A stretch of DNA of 64,000 nt from Octopus sinensis (Eukaryota). The stretch spans positions 20,596,464 to 20,660,463 of the forward strand of contig NC_043011.1 in the NCBI RefSeq assembly GCF_006345805.1, read 5' to 3'. This document shows, piece by piece, positions 37,943 to 49,899 of this stretch. The position numbers were made by a program, and so were the translations under genes. Positions within the stretch are counted from its first letter, which is position 1. Each line of letters starts with the position of its first letter. The notes beneath the pieces were generated by a model. It did not search any database, had not been told where the DNA came from, and worked only from the letters and a program-made list of their open reading frames with translations.

Positions 37943-38575
37943 TGGTCTTTTCCATACCGATAAATCAACTAGGTGAAATTTATTAATTTTATTAAATTAA
38001 TTATATTCCACCCTTTTTTGCATATTGAATACTATTGCTCCCTTACAAGAAATCTACAAAATTTCGTTTCGTTGATAAAGTTTTTGTAGTTCACGTGGTA
38101 ATTTTGGAGGGAGATATGAATTTGCATGTCTGTATAAGTGTAGGAATGCTAGCAGCCCATTAGATCGTTCGATGTCGCTGATCGTGCTGGTGTAATGGGT
38201 GATTTTTTCCCAAGCATTTCTAGATTTATAGGAAATATTATATTTACAAGGAAATGAGCCTTCAGTTCTAATCCAGAAATGATTCGTCTATAATTAATCC
38301 ATAGGCTGGGATTTCGTTATTTTCTTCCTTTTTTGCCATATACAGTTTACAAATTCTGTTTGTTTGTGGAGACTTTTTATTAGTAGAGGAAATAGTGATC
38401 AATTTGACTGCTATTTCTAATATTTTCGGTATGTGGTTTTGAGCAACTTGTTGCAATTAACCTTTAATTATAATTATTATAACCCTTACCAAATATGGTC
38501 TTTTCCATACCGATAAATCTACTAGGTGAAATTTATTAATTTTATTATATTAATTATATTCCTCCCTTTTTTGCA
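37943..38575. repeat. Two 80-bp direct repeats (TG...CA) flanking an AT-rich dispersed repeat
   Basis: 37943-38022 and 38496-38575 are near-identical. The interior is homologous to ~39700-39970 and ~30040-30170. Confidence 0.7.
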
Positions 38576-39010
38576 TATATATATATATATATATTCTTTT
38601 GCTTGTTTCAGTCATTTGACTGCGGCCATGCTGAAGCACCACCTTTAGTCGAGCAGATCAACCCCAGGACTTATTCTTTATAAGCCTGTTCACTTATTCT
38701 ATTGGTCTCTTTTGCTGAACCACTTAGTTACTGGCACGTAAACACACCAGCATCGGTTGTCAAACAATGTTGCAGGGCCAAACACACACACACACACTCA
38801 TGCACACATATATATACGACAGGCTTCTTTCAGTTTCCATCTACCAAATCCACACACAAGGCTTTGGTTGGCCCAAGGTTATCGTAGAAGGCATTTGCCC
38901 AAGGTGCCATGCAGTGGGACTAAACCCAGAACCATGTGGTTGGTAAGCAAGCTTCTTACCACACAGCTACTCCAGCACTTTATATAAGCAAACAAACGAT
39001 GTCCATTGTG

Positions 39011-39394
39011 TATCGAGGGTTGAACAGAAAGAATACAAGGGGAAAAGTTAGATGAAAGCAGAGTAAATGGAAAAGTAGATAAAAACTAAACTGACAGGAA
39101 ATTAGACAACGACAAGATACACGGAATATTTGCAGCAGAGCTTTCCTCTTCAGTCAAAGATGCAAAATATCATAACAGTTTCATGCCTATTACCTTTGAT
39201 ACTGTTCAATTTTGCATTTATGCAAACTGTTATATTTTGCATCATGGACTGAAGAAGAAAACTCAGCTGCGAATATTCTGTGTATCTTGTCATTGCCTAA
39301 TTTCCCATCCATTTACTTTTCATCTGCTTTCTCGTTTACTCTGCTTTCGTCTAACTTTTCTCATTGTTATATTCTCTCTGTTCAACCCTTGATA
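39011..39394. mobile_element. TA-flanked fold-back MITE (Tc1/mariner-like ends)
   Basis: TATCGAGGGTTGAACAG / CTGTTCAACCCTTGATA ends; complementarity continues inward to ~39180/39225. Confidence 0.75.
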
Positions 39395-39403
39395 TATTAT
39401 ATG

Positions 39404-39445
<42 letters not shown>

Positions 39446-39453
39446 ATATATAA

Positions 39454-39488
<35 letters not shown>

Positions 39489-39494
39489 CGCCCC

Positions 39495-39672
39495 ATGATA
39501 GCCACTACACACATTTTTTTCTCCTTGTTTTTTTCTGTGTCCCTTTCTGTAGAAGAGCATAGGCTTCGAAACGTAAAAAACTCTTTCTATTCCTGAGCGT
39601 TATACTAATACTTCTGTTTGTTTTGTACACCACCTGTCTTTGTCTTTTGTTTTTTTTCATAAACTCTCCCTA
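39495..39672 (+). mobile_element. HHR family 2 repeat
   Basis: CTTT-CTGTAGA-A-GAGC-ATAG-GCTTC-GAA-ACGT-A-AAAA at 39543-39578. Confidence 0.7.
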
Positions 39673-40161
39673 TATATATATATATATATAATATATATAT
39701 ATTATATTTCCCAGCATTTCTAGATTTATTTATCGGAATATTATGTTGATGAAGGAAATGAATCTTATGATTCTAATCCAGAAACGTACGTCCATAATTA
39801 ACCGAAGACTGTTTGGTTTCATTGTTTTTCTTCTTTTTTTGCTATATGTGAGTTACAAATATTGTTGTCTGTGGAGACAATTTTTGAAGAAAAAGGAAAT
39901 AGTAGTCCTTTGGCTGCTATTTCTAAAATTTTCAGTATGTGATCAAGCAACTTGTTGCTGAACCCTTATTGTTATATTTATATATATATATATATATGGC
40001 AAAAAATAGTGTTTTTGGTGGCAACAGGAAGGACATCTGACAGTAAAAGACTCTGTCCCCAATGTATTCTTGTCTGACCCATGCAAGCATAGAAAAGTAG
40101 TAATTAAAATGATGATAATAATGATGGTGGTGCTGGTGGTTGTGGTGAAAATATGTATCTT

Positions 40162-40200
<39 letters not shown>

Positions 40201-40201
40201 G

Positions 40202-40376
40202 TTAAAGTAATAAAGTTAATGTCTGGTCATAGAGCAACTAAAGGTTTCACATCTACAAAGGTCTCATCATATTCTAATTTGAACTAGAGTCTGATGAGAT
40301 GTCCATGAAGCAATATTCTTCATGGATGTGAAACCATTGGTCACCCTACGACCAGACACTAACTTAATTACTTTAA
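40202..40376. mobile_element. MITE, ~50-bp TIRs (copy 2)
   Basis: Homologous to 35678-35850. Confidence 0.75.
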
Positions 40377-40640
40377 TAATTTACTGCTCTATGCTTTAGA
40401 GTGTGCCTCTGTCATGGATATATGATACATGAATGCAGTTCTATATTTAAGTGATGAGGAAGATGGATATTTGCCCTGATCTTGTTTGTTGTTAACACAT
40501 TTCGGCTGATATACCCTCCAGCCTTCATCATGTGTCTTGGGGAAATTTCGAACCTGGGTTCTCTTTCCTAAGAGTTTTTCGATGTTGTTGTAGTTGTTGT
40601 TGTTGTTGTTGTTGTTATTATTAGTATTATTATTATTATT

Positions 40641-41188
40641 ATTGAGTGAGAGAGCAGTGCATGCCATCAAAGTGACACTGGGGTAAAATATACGAAGCCC
40701 AATATACCTATCATGACTACCCGTCTGATAAGGGTACACCAGGCGCATGCATCACAACCATATGTGCGCGACATGGTGATCTCATATCAAGATAAACAGC
40801 ACATGACCTTGCAGGTGGGGCCCAGTTAGAATTTTCTTCAGGTTGAGTAGCCCCCTCCTGCTCAAGGTCCCTGAATAAGGGTTGTTTAAGGATGTTGAAA
40901 GAACCACCCATGTTTCCAGAGGTGAATTATTCAAACCCCAAAGAATACTTCTCAATACATGGCTATGATGCTCCCCCACTACTTCTGCTCATGATCAGAG
41001 ATGCACATATCGTCAGCCACTAAGGGATATGCTCAACTGGTTAAGGTCAAACAACTGACAAGCAAATCTGTGGTATTGAGCAGAATATTTGCTGTAGCCC
41101 ATCTTTTATACCAAGACAAAACAATGTACATGATAACACTTCCAATCAGTTAAGATCAGAAGCCATGAGAGCCACTGCCTGGTACTGC
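40641..41188 (-). mobile_element. ~560-bp (AAT)n-tailed element inserted in the (AAT)n array of the PLE pLTR
   Basis: Collinear with 25155-25710; AAT arrays on both sides. Confidence 0.88.
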
Positions 41189-41364
41189 TATTATTATTAT
41201 TATTATTACTACTATTATTATTATTATTATTATTATTATTATCATTATTACTATTATTATTATTATCATTATTATTCAGGTTACTGCCTAGAATCGAACT
41301 CAGAATCTTGAGGTTAGTAGCCCGCGCTCTTAACCACTACACCATAAGGAGTGAATTTTAGGGC

Positions 41365-42026
41365 TTATAAATCTAATATTTTCTTATTCTTCCTTAATAT
41401 TGGTTCCCATATGCTGTTCATATCTGCACTCGGTCTGCTTAGGAGGTTGTTGTGTCCTAGCATATGCGCTACTTCTTTTAGTTTTCGTACTTTCCAGTAG
41501 TCTTCTCCGTCTATTATTTTAACTTCATCCCACAGGGGGAGGTGGTCTCCATTTTCCCATACATGATCAGCTATACCCGATTTATCAATATCTCCTCGTG
41601 TCACAGCTTTGCGATGTTCATCTACCCTTATTTTGAGGGGACAGCATGTTTCGCCTTTGTATAACCTACCACAGCTGCATGGGATGGACTACACACAGTC
41701 TTTGGTCATATTCTCTTCTATTGGGGGTTTTACTTGAAGGAGATATTTGCAAAGTACTGTATTGTTCTTGAATACTGCCCTGATGTGATATGGGCTGCAT
41801 ATCTTTTGTATCTTTTCGGAGATGCCTTTCACCTAGGGTAGACAGACTGTGGATTGGCTTCATCCTCTCTTTTCTTCATAATTGGAGTGGATAGTATGTT
41901 TTTGAGGTAGTTGTTGCTTAATAGATTGTTACTGAGCTTGATCATTTCTTCGTGGTGTGTATCACGATCGCTGCTTATATTCTTTGCTCAATGTTTTAGG
42001 CACTGAGTAATCACTCTCTTTACACA
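41365..42026 (-). pseudogene. Decayed PLE ORF: RT thumb/linker plus GIY-YIG endonuclease
   Basis: LP*VKGISEKIQKIC...KDCV*SIPCSCGRLYKGETCCPLKIRVDEHRKAVTRGDIDKSGIADHVW...RKLKE. The two TAG stops fall at expected Tyr codons. Confidence 0.88.
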
Positions 42027-42180
42027 GTGTAAAGAGAGGGATTGGTTAAAGCACGGGCTACTAACCTCCAAGATTCCAAGTTCGATTCCAGGCAGTGACC
42101 TGAATAATAATAATAATGATAATAATAATGACATCGAAAAATACCTTAGGAATGAGAACCCAAGTTCAAAATTTCCCCAA

Positions 42181-42226
42181 GACACCTGATGAAGGCTGGA
42201 GGGTATATCAGCCAAAATGTTGTATT
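42181..42226 (+). ncRNA. Minimal hammerhead motif in the inverted pLTR (G12A mutated)
   Basis: GACAC-CTGATGA-A-GGCTG-10nt-CAGCC-AAA-ATGT-T-GTATT. Confidence 0.7.
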
Positions 42227-42312
42227 AACAACAAACAAGATGAGGACAAATATCCATCAAATATAAATAATGTAAATAATGTACATGATACATTGATGAT
42301 ATATATATATAT

Positions 42313-42383
<71 letters not shown>

Positions 42384-43364
42384 TATAGATAGATAGATAG
42401 ATAGATATAGATATATATGCATACATATAGTTCAAATTAAGAAGTCTTTGATATTTCAAGCCTATGCTTCAGCAGAATGGGTTGAGAGGAAAAAATGGAG
42501 AGAGAACAAAAAAAACAGGGAGAGAGAAAAAGTGTGTACAGATTAATGGTTCAACATGATGAAATGACTGGAAGTAAGAGGCTGAGTGAAGGGGAGATAA
42601 TAACAGTGAGCCAGCTGAACTAGGGCATGCAAGTGTGAGTGTATGTAAGGATAGTGTGTGAAAGTGTGTATGTGTGAATGGGGGTAAGTGCGGGTGAATG
42701 TATACATACATTTTTGGTCATGTATCAATACACATACTTTTCTTGGTCTTTCTACTCCTTCCTCTTTTCCCTCTTCTCTGAACATTTTCCTCTATCTGAC
42801 AAAGAGCCATGCTTGAAACATCATTTTTTCCCCTATTTTCCTTTCTGAAATTGTCCCTGAATGTCAGTTTAATATATTTACTGTGTTCGTCCAATTGACC
42901 TTTGTGTTTTCACCTATCTTTTTCTTCTTCGGTTTATCTGGTGTCAGGAAGGGCATCCAACTATAGAACCCATGCCTAAACAGACAACTGGAGCCCAGAG
43001 CACTCTCCAGTTGGCCAACCCCTTCCAAATTGTCCAACCTATACCAGCATGGAGAGCAGACATTAAAGGATAATGATGATGATGATGATGATGTGTGTGT
43101 ATGTGTAGTTATGACATATGACTATATGTAGTCATATACGGACCATGATTGTCATTATCAATGATTTACGTCTAGTTTTTAATGCTGGCATTGGTTAGCA
43201 GGGTTTTTTTTCAAAAACCCAATGAATATCTTGTCCCAATCCCTTTTAGTCAGCTCTTATCATGGAGGGATACAGGGTACGTCCTCTAAAACCTAGATAT
43301 ACACAGTAATATAGACATCTGTATGTACCTATTTGTGTGTGTGGTGTGTGTATGTGTGTGTGTC

Positions 43365-43975
43365 CAACAGTGATTTCATCATCCTTACTCTCAACAATAC
43401 GCTCTTAAATGGTTTCTGATTACAAATATCTTGGGTCATACATATCATCATCTGAAAAAGATTTTCTAACTAGAAAGAGTATGGCCTGGTCAGCATAAGA
43501 TCTGGTCATCAAATCTAAGTAGGAATTTCAAACTTAAAATCTTCAAAGCCACAGTCAAACCAATTCTATTATATGGCTCAGAAACCTGGATGTTATCAAA
43601 GAAGCTTGCGAGGCAGTTGGATGGAACTTACACTCGCCTCCTTATGAGAGCTCAAAATCTCTCATGGAAGCGTCATCCAACCAAAGTACAAATATATGGG
43701 AAACTACCACCCATATCATCTCTTGTGAAAGGTAGAAGAGTCCAGTTTGCTGGGCATTGTTGTAGAGCTGAAAACTAGGTCATTTCTACTCTTCTCCTCT
43801 GGAAGCCATCTGCTCACAATACCAGAGGGTGCACACTCTCCTACTCTGATGTAATCTCCAGGGGTACAGGCATCCAGCAACAGGACCTCCGTAATGCTAT
43901 GATGGACCGCGAAGTCTGGTGTAACATAGTAAATTCCATTGTCTCGACCACGGTCGAACAATGAAATGAAATGAA
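43365..43975 (+). mobile_element. RTE-like LINE 3' end (RT C-terminal region)
   Basis: DYKYLGSYISSSEKDFLTRK...LLYGSETWMLSKKLARQLDGTYTRLLMRAQNLSW...RRVQFAGHC; (AAATG) tail. Confidence 0.88.
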
Positions 43976-44249
43976 TGTGTGTGTGTGTGTGTGCAATTAC
44001 ACACCTTAATATACTGGAGGATCACAACAATCTATCTTTTATTCTTCTTTTACTTGCTTCAGTCTTTCAAATGTAGTCACCTTAAGTCACCAATTGAAGG
44101 GTTTAGACCAATGGATCCCAATCATATGACCCTTGTGGGGCCATATAATGTTTTGTTGTTAAAGTTTTTATGTGCAATAAATTGGTTACATATTTCTACA
44201 ATACACAAAGTGTTTTAACTCTTACTTTATATCTGAGACCCCCTTCGGT

Positions 44250-44560
44250 CACGACACAGACCATAGGATTGCACCTAGAAAGTTACCCTCCCTGGCACTA
44301 GTTCGGGCAAGGTTGTTTATGGAAGACCAGCAGTCGCTCATGCATATCGGCCTCCCCTCTCCATGCTACCAGTGTTATCCACGAGAAAGGCAACGGCCAA
44401 TACAGCTTGGCACCTGTGATGTTGCAACTCATTTCTACAAATGAGTGAACTGGAGCAACGTGAAATAAAGTGTCTTGCTCAAGAACACAACACACAGGCT
44501 GGTCCACGATTCGAGCTCACAACCTCATGATTGTAAGCTTGATGCTCTAACAACTGTGCC
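44250..44560 (-). mobile_element. SINE family F
   Basis: Reverse complement of 17165-17470. Confidence 0.75.
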
Positions 44561-44831
44561 TTACGCTTACTTTATATAATTCCTAATAATATTTAATCAT
44601 GAAATACAATGGGATGTTTTTAAATATCAATTGGCTATGGGGGTCCAGTAGAGTAAAATAGCAATCAAAGGAGTCCATTGACAGAAAATGGTTGAGAACC
44701 ACTGATTTTAAAAAACAAATTGACCCCCAATACTTATCTTTAAATTTGGTACTTAGTCTATCAGTTTCATTTCTCAACTGCCTTTTTATGGAGACTTAAA
44801 CAAACCAAGACAGCAGTGATGGAACAAACAA

Positions 44832-44862
<31 letters not shown>

Positions 44863-44873
44863 CATATATATAA

Positions 44874-44913
<40 letters not shown>

Positions 44914-45076
44914 TATTATATATATATATATACGTTTTTATTTTTTTTTGCAATTTACTTAATCTTTGACATTTTATTGTTATTTTAATTTTAATATTTC
45001 TATTATATGTAATTTTCTAGATGGTGTAATTTAATTGTTCATTTTGAATTGATGAAAGGTGTTTATTTTCTAATTT

Positions 45077-45115
<39 letters not shown>

Positions 45116-45651
45116 CAATGGGGCTTCCACCCAATTTCCGTCTACCAGATCAGCTCACAAGACATTTATTGACCCAGGGCTATAGTAAATGTCATTTGCC
45201 TGAGGTATCACACCATGGGGCTGAACCTCTGAACCATATAGTTGCAAAGAAAGCTTCCTACCCATATGGACATAAATACATAAATTAAATATTTATCAAA
45301 ACAACTCCAGGCTTCATACAAAATTTTTCATATTGTTTTGGACATAACAAATTTTGCTCTAGAGTCAGTGTTGTTGTTTTTTAAAAAAAAAACCCAAGAA
45401 CTGAAAATACAGGCAGCCGAGAGTAATAACCTCTAAAGTACTGTGTACTTATAAATTGTCATGTAGGAGAAAATTTAATTGAATTTTGTAAAATGCATGA
45501 CATATTGACTTTTCACCACTGAAGATCATAGTAAACATGTAAAATCTTATGGCATAAAGTCTGCAACAATTTTCATAGGCACCCAATTTATGACTATGCA
45601 GTTAGATTGTGTATGCTTATATGACATGACATGATGTATGTGTATATATAT

Positions 45652-46245
45652 AGGGAGAATTCACAAAAAAAACAAAAGATGAAGACAGGTGGTGTAGAAA
45701 ACAAACAGCTGTATTAGTATAACGCTCGGGAATTTAAAGTCTTTTACATTTCGAGCCTACGCTCTTCCACAGAAAGGAACACAGAAAGAAACAAGGAGAA
45801 AAAAAAATGTGTGTAGTGGCTACTGATCTATCAAATATATGCATGCACACACACACTTATATACACTTTTTCATGTTTAGTTTAATGCATAACTGCATAC
45901 ATATTTACATAGCAATATTTCATGACATTTAGCACTTAGTAACAATTCATTTATAAATCAAAAAAGATTCGACACTATGTATTACAAGACATGACTAGAA
46001 TACATCCGTATATATGTTTTCACGTACATGTATGTGTGCACACACACACATACATGTTAGCCACTACACACATTTTTTTCTCTCCTTGTTTCTCTCCTTG
46101 TATTTTCTGTGTCCCTTTCTGTAGAAGAGCGTAGGCTCGAAACGTAAAAGACTTTTTCTATTCCTGAGTGTTATACTAATACATCTGCTTGTTTTGTACA
46201 CCACCTATCTTCGTCTTTTGTTTTTTTTCGTAAAATCACCCTATA
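45652..46245. mobile_element. Divergent inverted pair of HHR family 2 repeats
   Basis: Minus copy 45652-45830 and plus copy 46055-46245, ~220 bp apart. Confidence 0.75.
46115..46150 (+). ncRNA. Minimal hammerhead-like motif with A6U core variant, otherwise intact
   Basis: CTTT-CTGTAGA-A-GAGC-GTAG-GCTC-GAA-ACGT-A-AAAG: perfect stems I and II, palindromic ACGT helix III, GUA cleavage triplet. Confidence 0.7.
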
Positions 46246-46292
46246 TATATTATGTATGTATATATATGTATATATATATATGTGTGTATACA

Positions 46293-46348
<56 letters not shown>

Positions 46349-46626
46349 CTTTATATATATGTATGTATGTATATATATATTGTATATATATATACGTATA
46401 TATATATATACGTATATATTACATATATATATATTTAGATAGATACATACATACACACATGCATACACTCATATATATGTGTATGCATGAATATATATGT
46501 ATGTGTGTGGTGTGTGTGTGTGTATTCCATTTCTACTTCTGAAGCATTAAACTAATACCACATACATCATAGTTATCTTTCTGTGATGTTTCACTGTTTG
46601 TTTTCTTGAGTTTACAAAATGCATAC

Positions 46627-46661
<35 letters not shown>

Positions 46662-46663
46662 TA

Positions 46664-46714
<51 letters not shown>

Positions 46715-48114
46715 CATACACACACACAAGCATACCCATAGACACATATCACTTATACCAGTATTTTACAAATGATTGTGTTTGTAGGTGGTACATGTGA
46801 AGCCAAACATTCACATACATTACCAACCAAGATTACATTATGATGTATACATCATCTGCACACTCACAAAAATGTACACACTTATACATTACATGCATTA
46901 ATGCACTTAATTATGTATGTATGTCTGTATGTGTGTGTGAGTGTGTTGGAGGGTGTGTTTTTTTTTCTTTGTGCATGTGTAAAGATGAATGTAGAAAAAT
47001 CTGGATGATTTGAAATAAAGAGGCTATATGTAAAGATACACAGAATGAAACGGCAGCAGAACGAAAAACTAAAAAGATAAATAAGTGGAGATAGAGATCA
47101 GAGAGAGAGAGAGACAGAGATGAATACAGATAGCTGGAGGGTGAAGGAGAAAGAAAGAGAATAATGTCTCACAGCAAAGAGATGTGTGTATACTTAGATG
47201 AGACTGGCATCAAAGTTAATATACAAGAGTAAGAGATGGAGTAAGAAAAAAGGCAGGAAAGAGATGCTGGAGATGAACAGCTCAGACTATCGCTATAGTG
47301 CCTTCATTTAAGTCTGCATGTCTTGCTTATGTCTGTGAGCATGTATACATCAGTGTGTATGAGTGTGTGTTTGTGTGCATGTACGTTTTTTTTGTTTTGT
47401 TTTTTTTTCCTTTTTCAGCTTGTTTCAGTCATTACACTGCGGTCATGCTGGAGCACCGCCTTGAAGACTTTTTAATCGAATGTACCAACCCTAGTGCTTT
47501 TTTTTTTTTTTTTTAAAGTTTGGTACTTACCCTATCAGTCTCTTTTGCCAAACCGCTAAGTTATGGGGACGTAAACACATCAGCACCAGTTGTCACGCCA
47601 TGGGGAGGGTGGAAAACACAAAGAAACACACACATAAATATATATACACACATGCACACATATATATATTAATATATATATATATATACACATACGTATA
47701 TACAATAGGCTTCTTTCAGTTTCCGTCTGCCACATTCACTCACAAAACTTTTATTGGCCTGAGGCTATAGTAGAAGACACTTGCTCAAGGTGCCATGCAA
47801 TAGAACTGAACCCCAAACCATATGGTTGGGAAACAAGCTTCTTACGACACAACCACGTCTGCATCTACATATTTATATATGTGTATATTTTTCTTACTGT
47901 TTCAACCCAGATCTACAGCGATCAAGCAGACCCATGATCAAAGATGTTCTAGTTCTGACCATTCCTGAGTTTTGAATATTAATGATGACAGCATTGCTCA
48001 ATATGGTATCCTGACTGTTTTCAAGATGGTATTTTGAAGGCAATTTAACCGTCATTTCTAAAAGATCAATTCACTATGTGAAAGATTTCTCATTAGTTCA
48101 TGTATATCTGTATA

Positions 48115-48526
48115 TCTATAAACAGCAAAATGTCTGTGTATCTGTGTGTCTGTGTGTCAGTGTGTCCTTTATACAAATCCACAGTTTTTCACGTAAAAGG
48201 CTCGCATTTTCTATGGGCTTTCAAAACTGTCTGAGGGTGGTCATGGAGATCTTTTCATTTACCCAGTCACCCCAGAAAGCCATTAAAAAAATCGATAAAC
48301 CAACCCCTTATGCCCATAAGTTATGGGCATATGGGTATTGCCAAAGTCCATTGAATATTAATTAATTTCATAAAATGCTCCAACTAGCTCATAAACAGCA
48401 AAACTGGCCCAGGCTGAAATGTGATAAGAAACTTAGCTCTTGATTTAGTGAGAAATTTTTACTGCGACCCGGCAACGAACAACAAGCACTAGCACTAGAC
48501 CCAGCAACGCCGGGTCATAGTGCTAG
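48115..48526 (+). mobile_element. Non-autonomous Helitron
   Basis: A|TCTATAAACAG start with a (TGTC/TG) repeat; 3' hairpin GACCCAG-CAACGC-CGGGTC ending 10 nt before CTAG|T. Confidence 0.72.
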
Positions 48527-49619
48527 TATATATATATTTGTGTGTGTATAGGAGGAAGGGGTAGCTATTGTGGATACAAAGATCTGAAAACAGAGATAAT
48601 CAGAATGTGGTGTTTGAAAACAGAAATAATCCCTTTGATACAAGGTGCACTGAGAATGATTGTAACCAATGTGCTAGACTTGCTAATATATACTACATAC
48701 TATATACAATTGATTTTTGTAAAGTGCATGACATATTGACTTTTCCCCACTGAAGATCGTAGTAAACATATGAAACCTTGAGCATAAAGTCTGAAACAAT
48801 TTTTTATAAATACCCAATTTATGAATATGCAATTAGATTGTGTATGCTTATTGGAAAGGGACAATTGAGCACAGCTGTCTGGACACTGGCAATTTGGCAT
48901 TGCACTCAGGACATTTAACTTGTTTTGATGACAGTAATTGTTGGAACTAGAGGCAAAGACATACATATGCATGTGTACACAAAAATATACACATAGAGAT
49001 TGAAAGAGTGAAAGAGAGAGTGAGGAACAAGAGAAGAGAGAGTGAGAGAGAGAAGGGAAGAGAGAGAGGGAAGACATTACAATTTATTAATTAAACACAA
49101 CTGAAATAAAAACTATCTCTCTCTTCATACACATAGAGAGAAATATGCTCAGACACATAAACAGAGAGATAGACACACACACAGAGTTACAAAGAGAGAG
49201 AGACAGGGAGAGACAGAGACAGAAACACAGAGAAAGAGACAGAGAGAGAAACAGACAGAGTGAGAGAGAGGAGTGGAAGAGAAGAGAAACATTAAAAGTC
49301 TAATATTAAATAAGTCAACATTGAATCAATATCAGAGAGGTGTTGCCAAAACAGCTGTGCCAAAATATCTTGTACCCATACAACATTGTAAGGCAATCAT
49401 CACTTGTGCTGATGCTATGAGAAAAGCTCCTGGAACACTCTAAAAAACGTTGCTGTTAGGAAGGGCATCCAACCACAGAAATCACGATAAAGTTGACATT
49501 AGTGCCTTAGGCAAGCTTCTGATTCATTAGACCCCATCAACTATTCAGCTCATGCCAGCATGAAATCTAAATATTAAATGATGACGATAATCTCATCTCA
49601 TCTTATCTCATCTTCTTTG

Positions 49620-49865
49620 CCCACTTATTCCTGGGGTGAGGGTGTCATAGGAGCAGAGTCCTCAAAAACTGCCTTTCATTATGCCCTGTCAGAAGCAACC
49701 ATCTCCAATTGATCCAGCTGGATCTCCAAATGAGAACAACTGGGCTCATGGATGTTATCCAGCCATCTTGCTCATGGTCAGCCACTGAGTATCCTGCTGG
49801 TTGATTTTGCCTGTACGGCTTTTACAGTAATTTTTTCCTGAGATATTGTTACCACATTTTTCTGC
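49620..49865 (-). mobile_element. Old RTE-like LINE 3' end
   Basis: Decayed RWLDNIHE...LEMVASDR translation on the minus strand. Confidence 0.5.
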
Positions 49866-49899
49866 CATTACCATCATCAGTCTTAGTCATAATGATGAT

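Larger units (their letters stand above)
40436..42290 (-). mobile_element. 5'-truncated Penelope-like retroelement with 3' pLTR and inverted 5' pLTR
   Basis: Minus pLTR is split by an insertion (HHR part 40436-40584, tRNA-like head 41277-41346). GIY-YIG ORF 41365-42026, hairpin junction 42009-42043, plus-strand pLTR 42044-42290. Confidence 0.88.
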
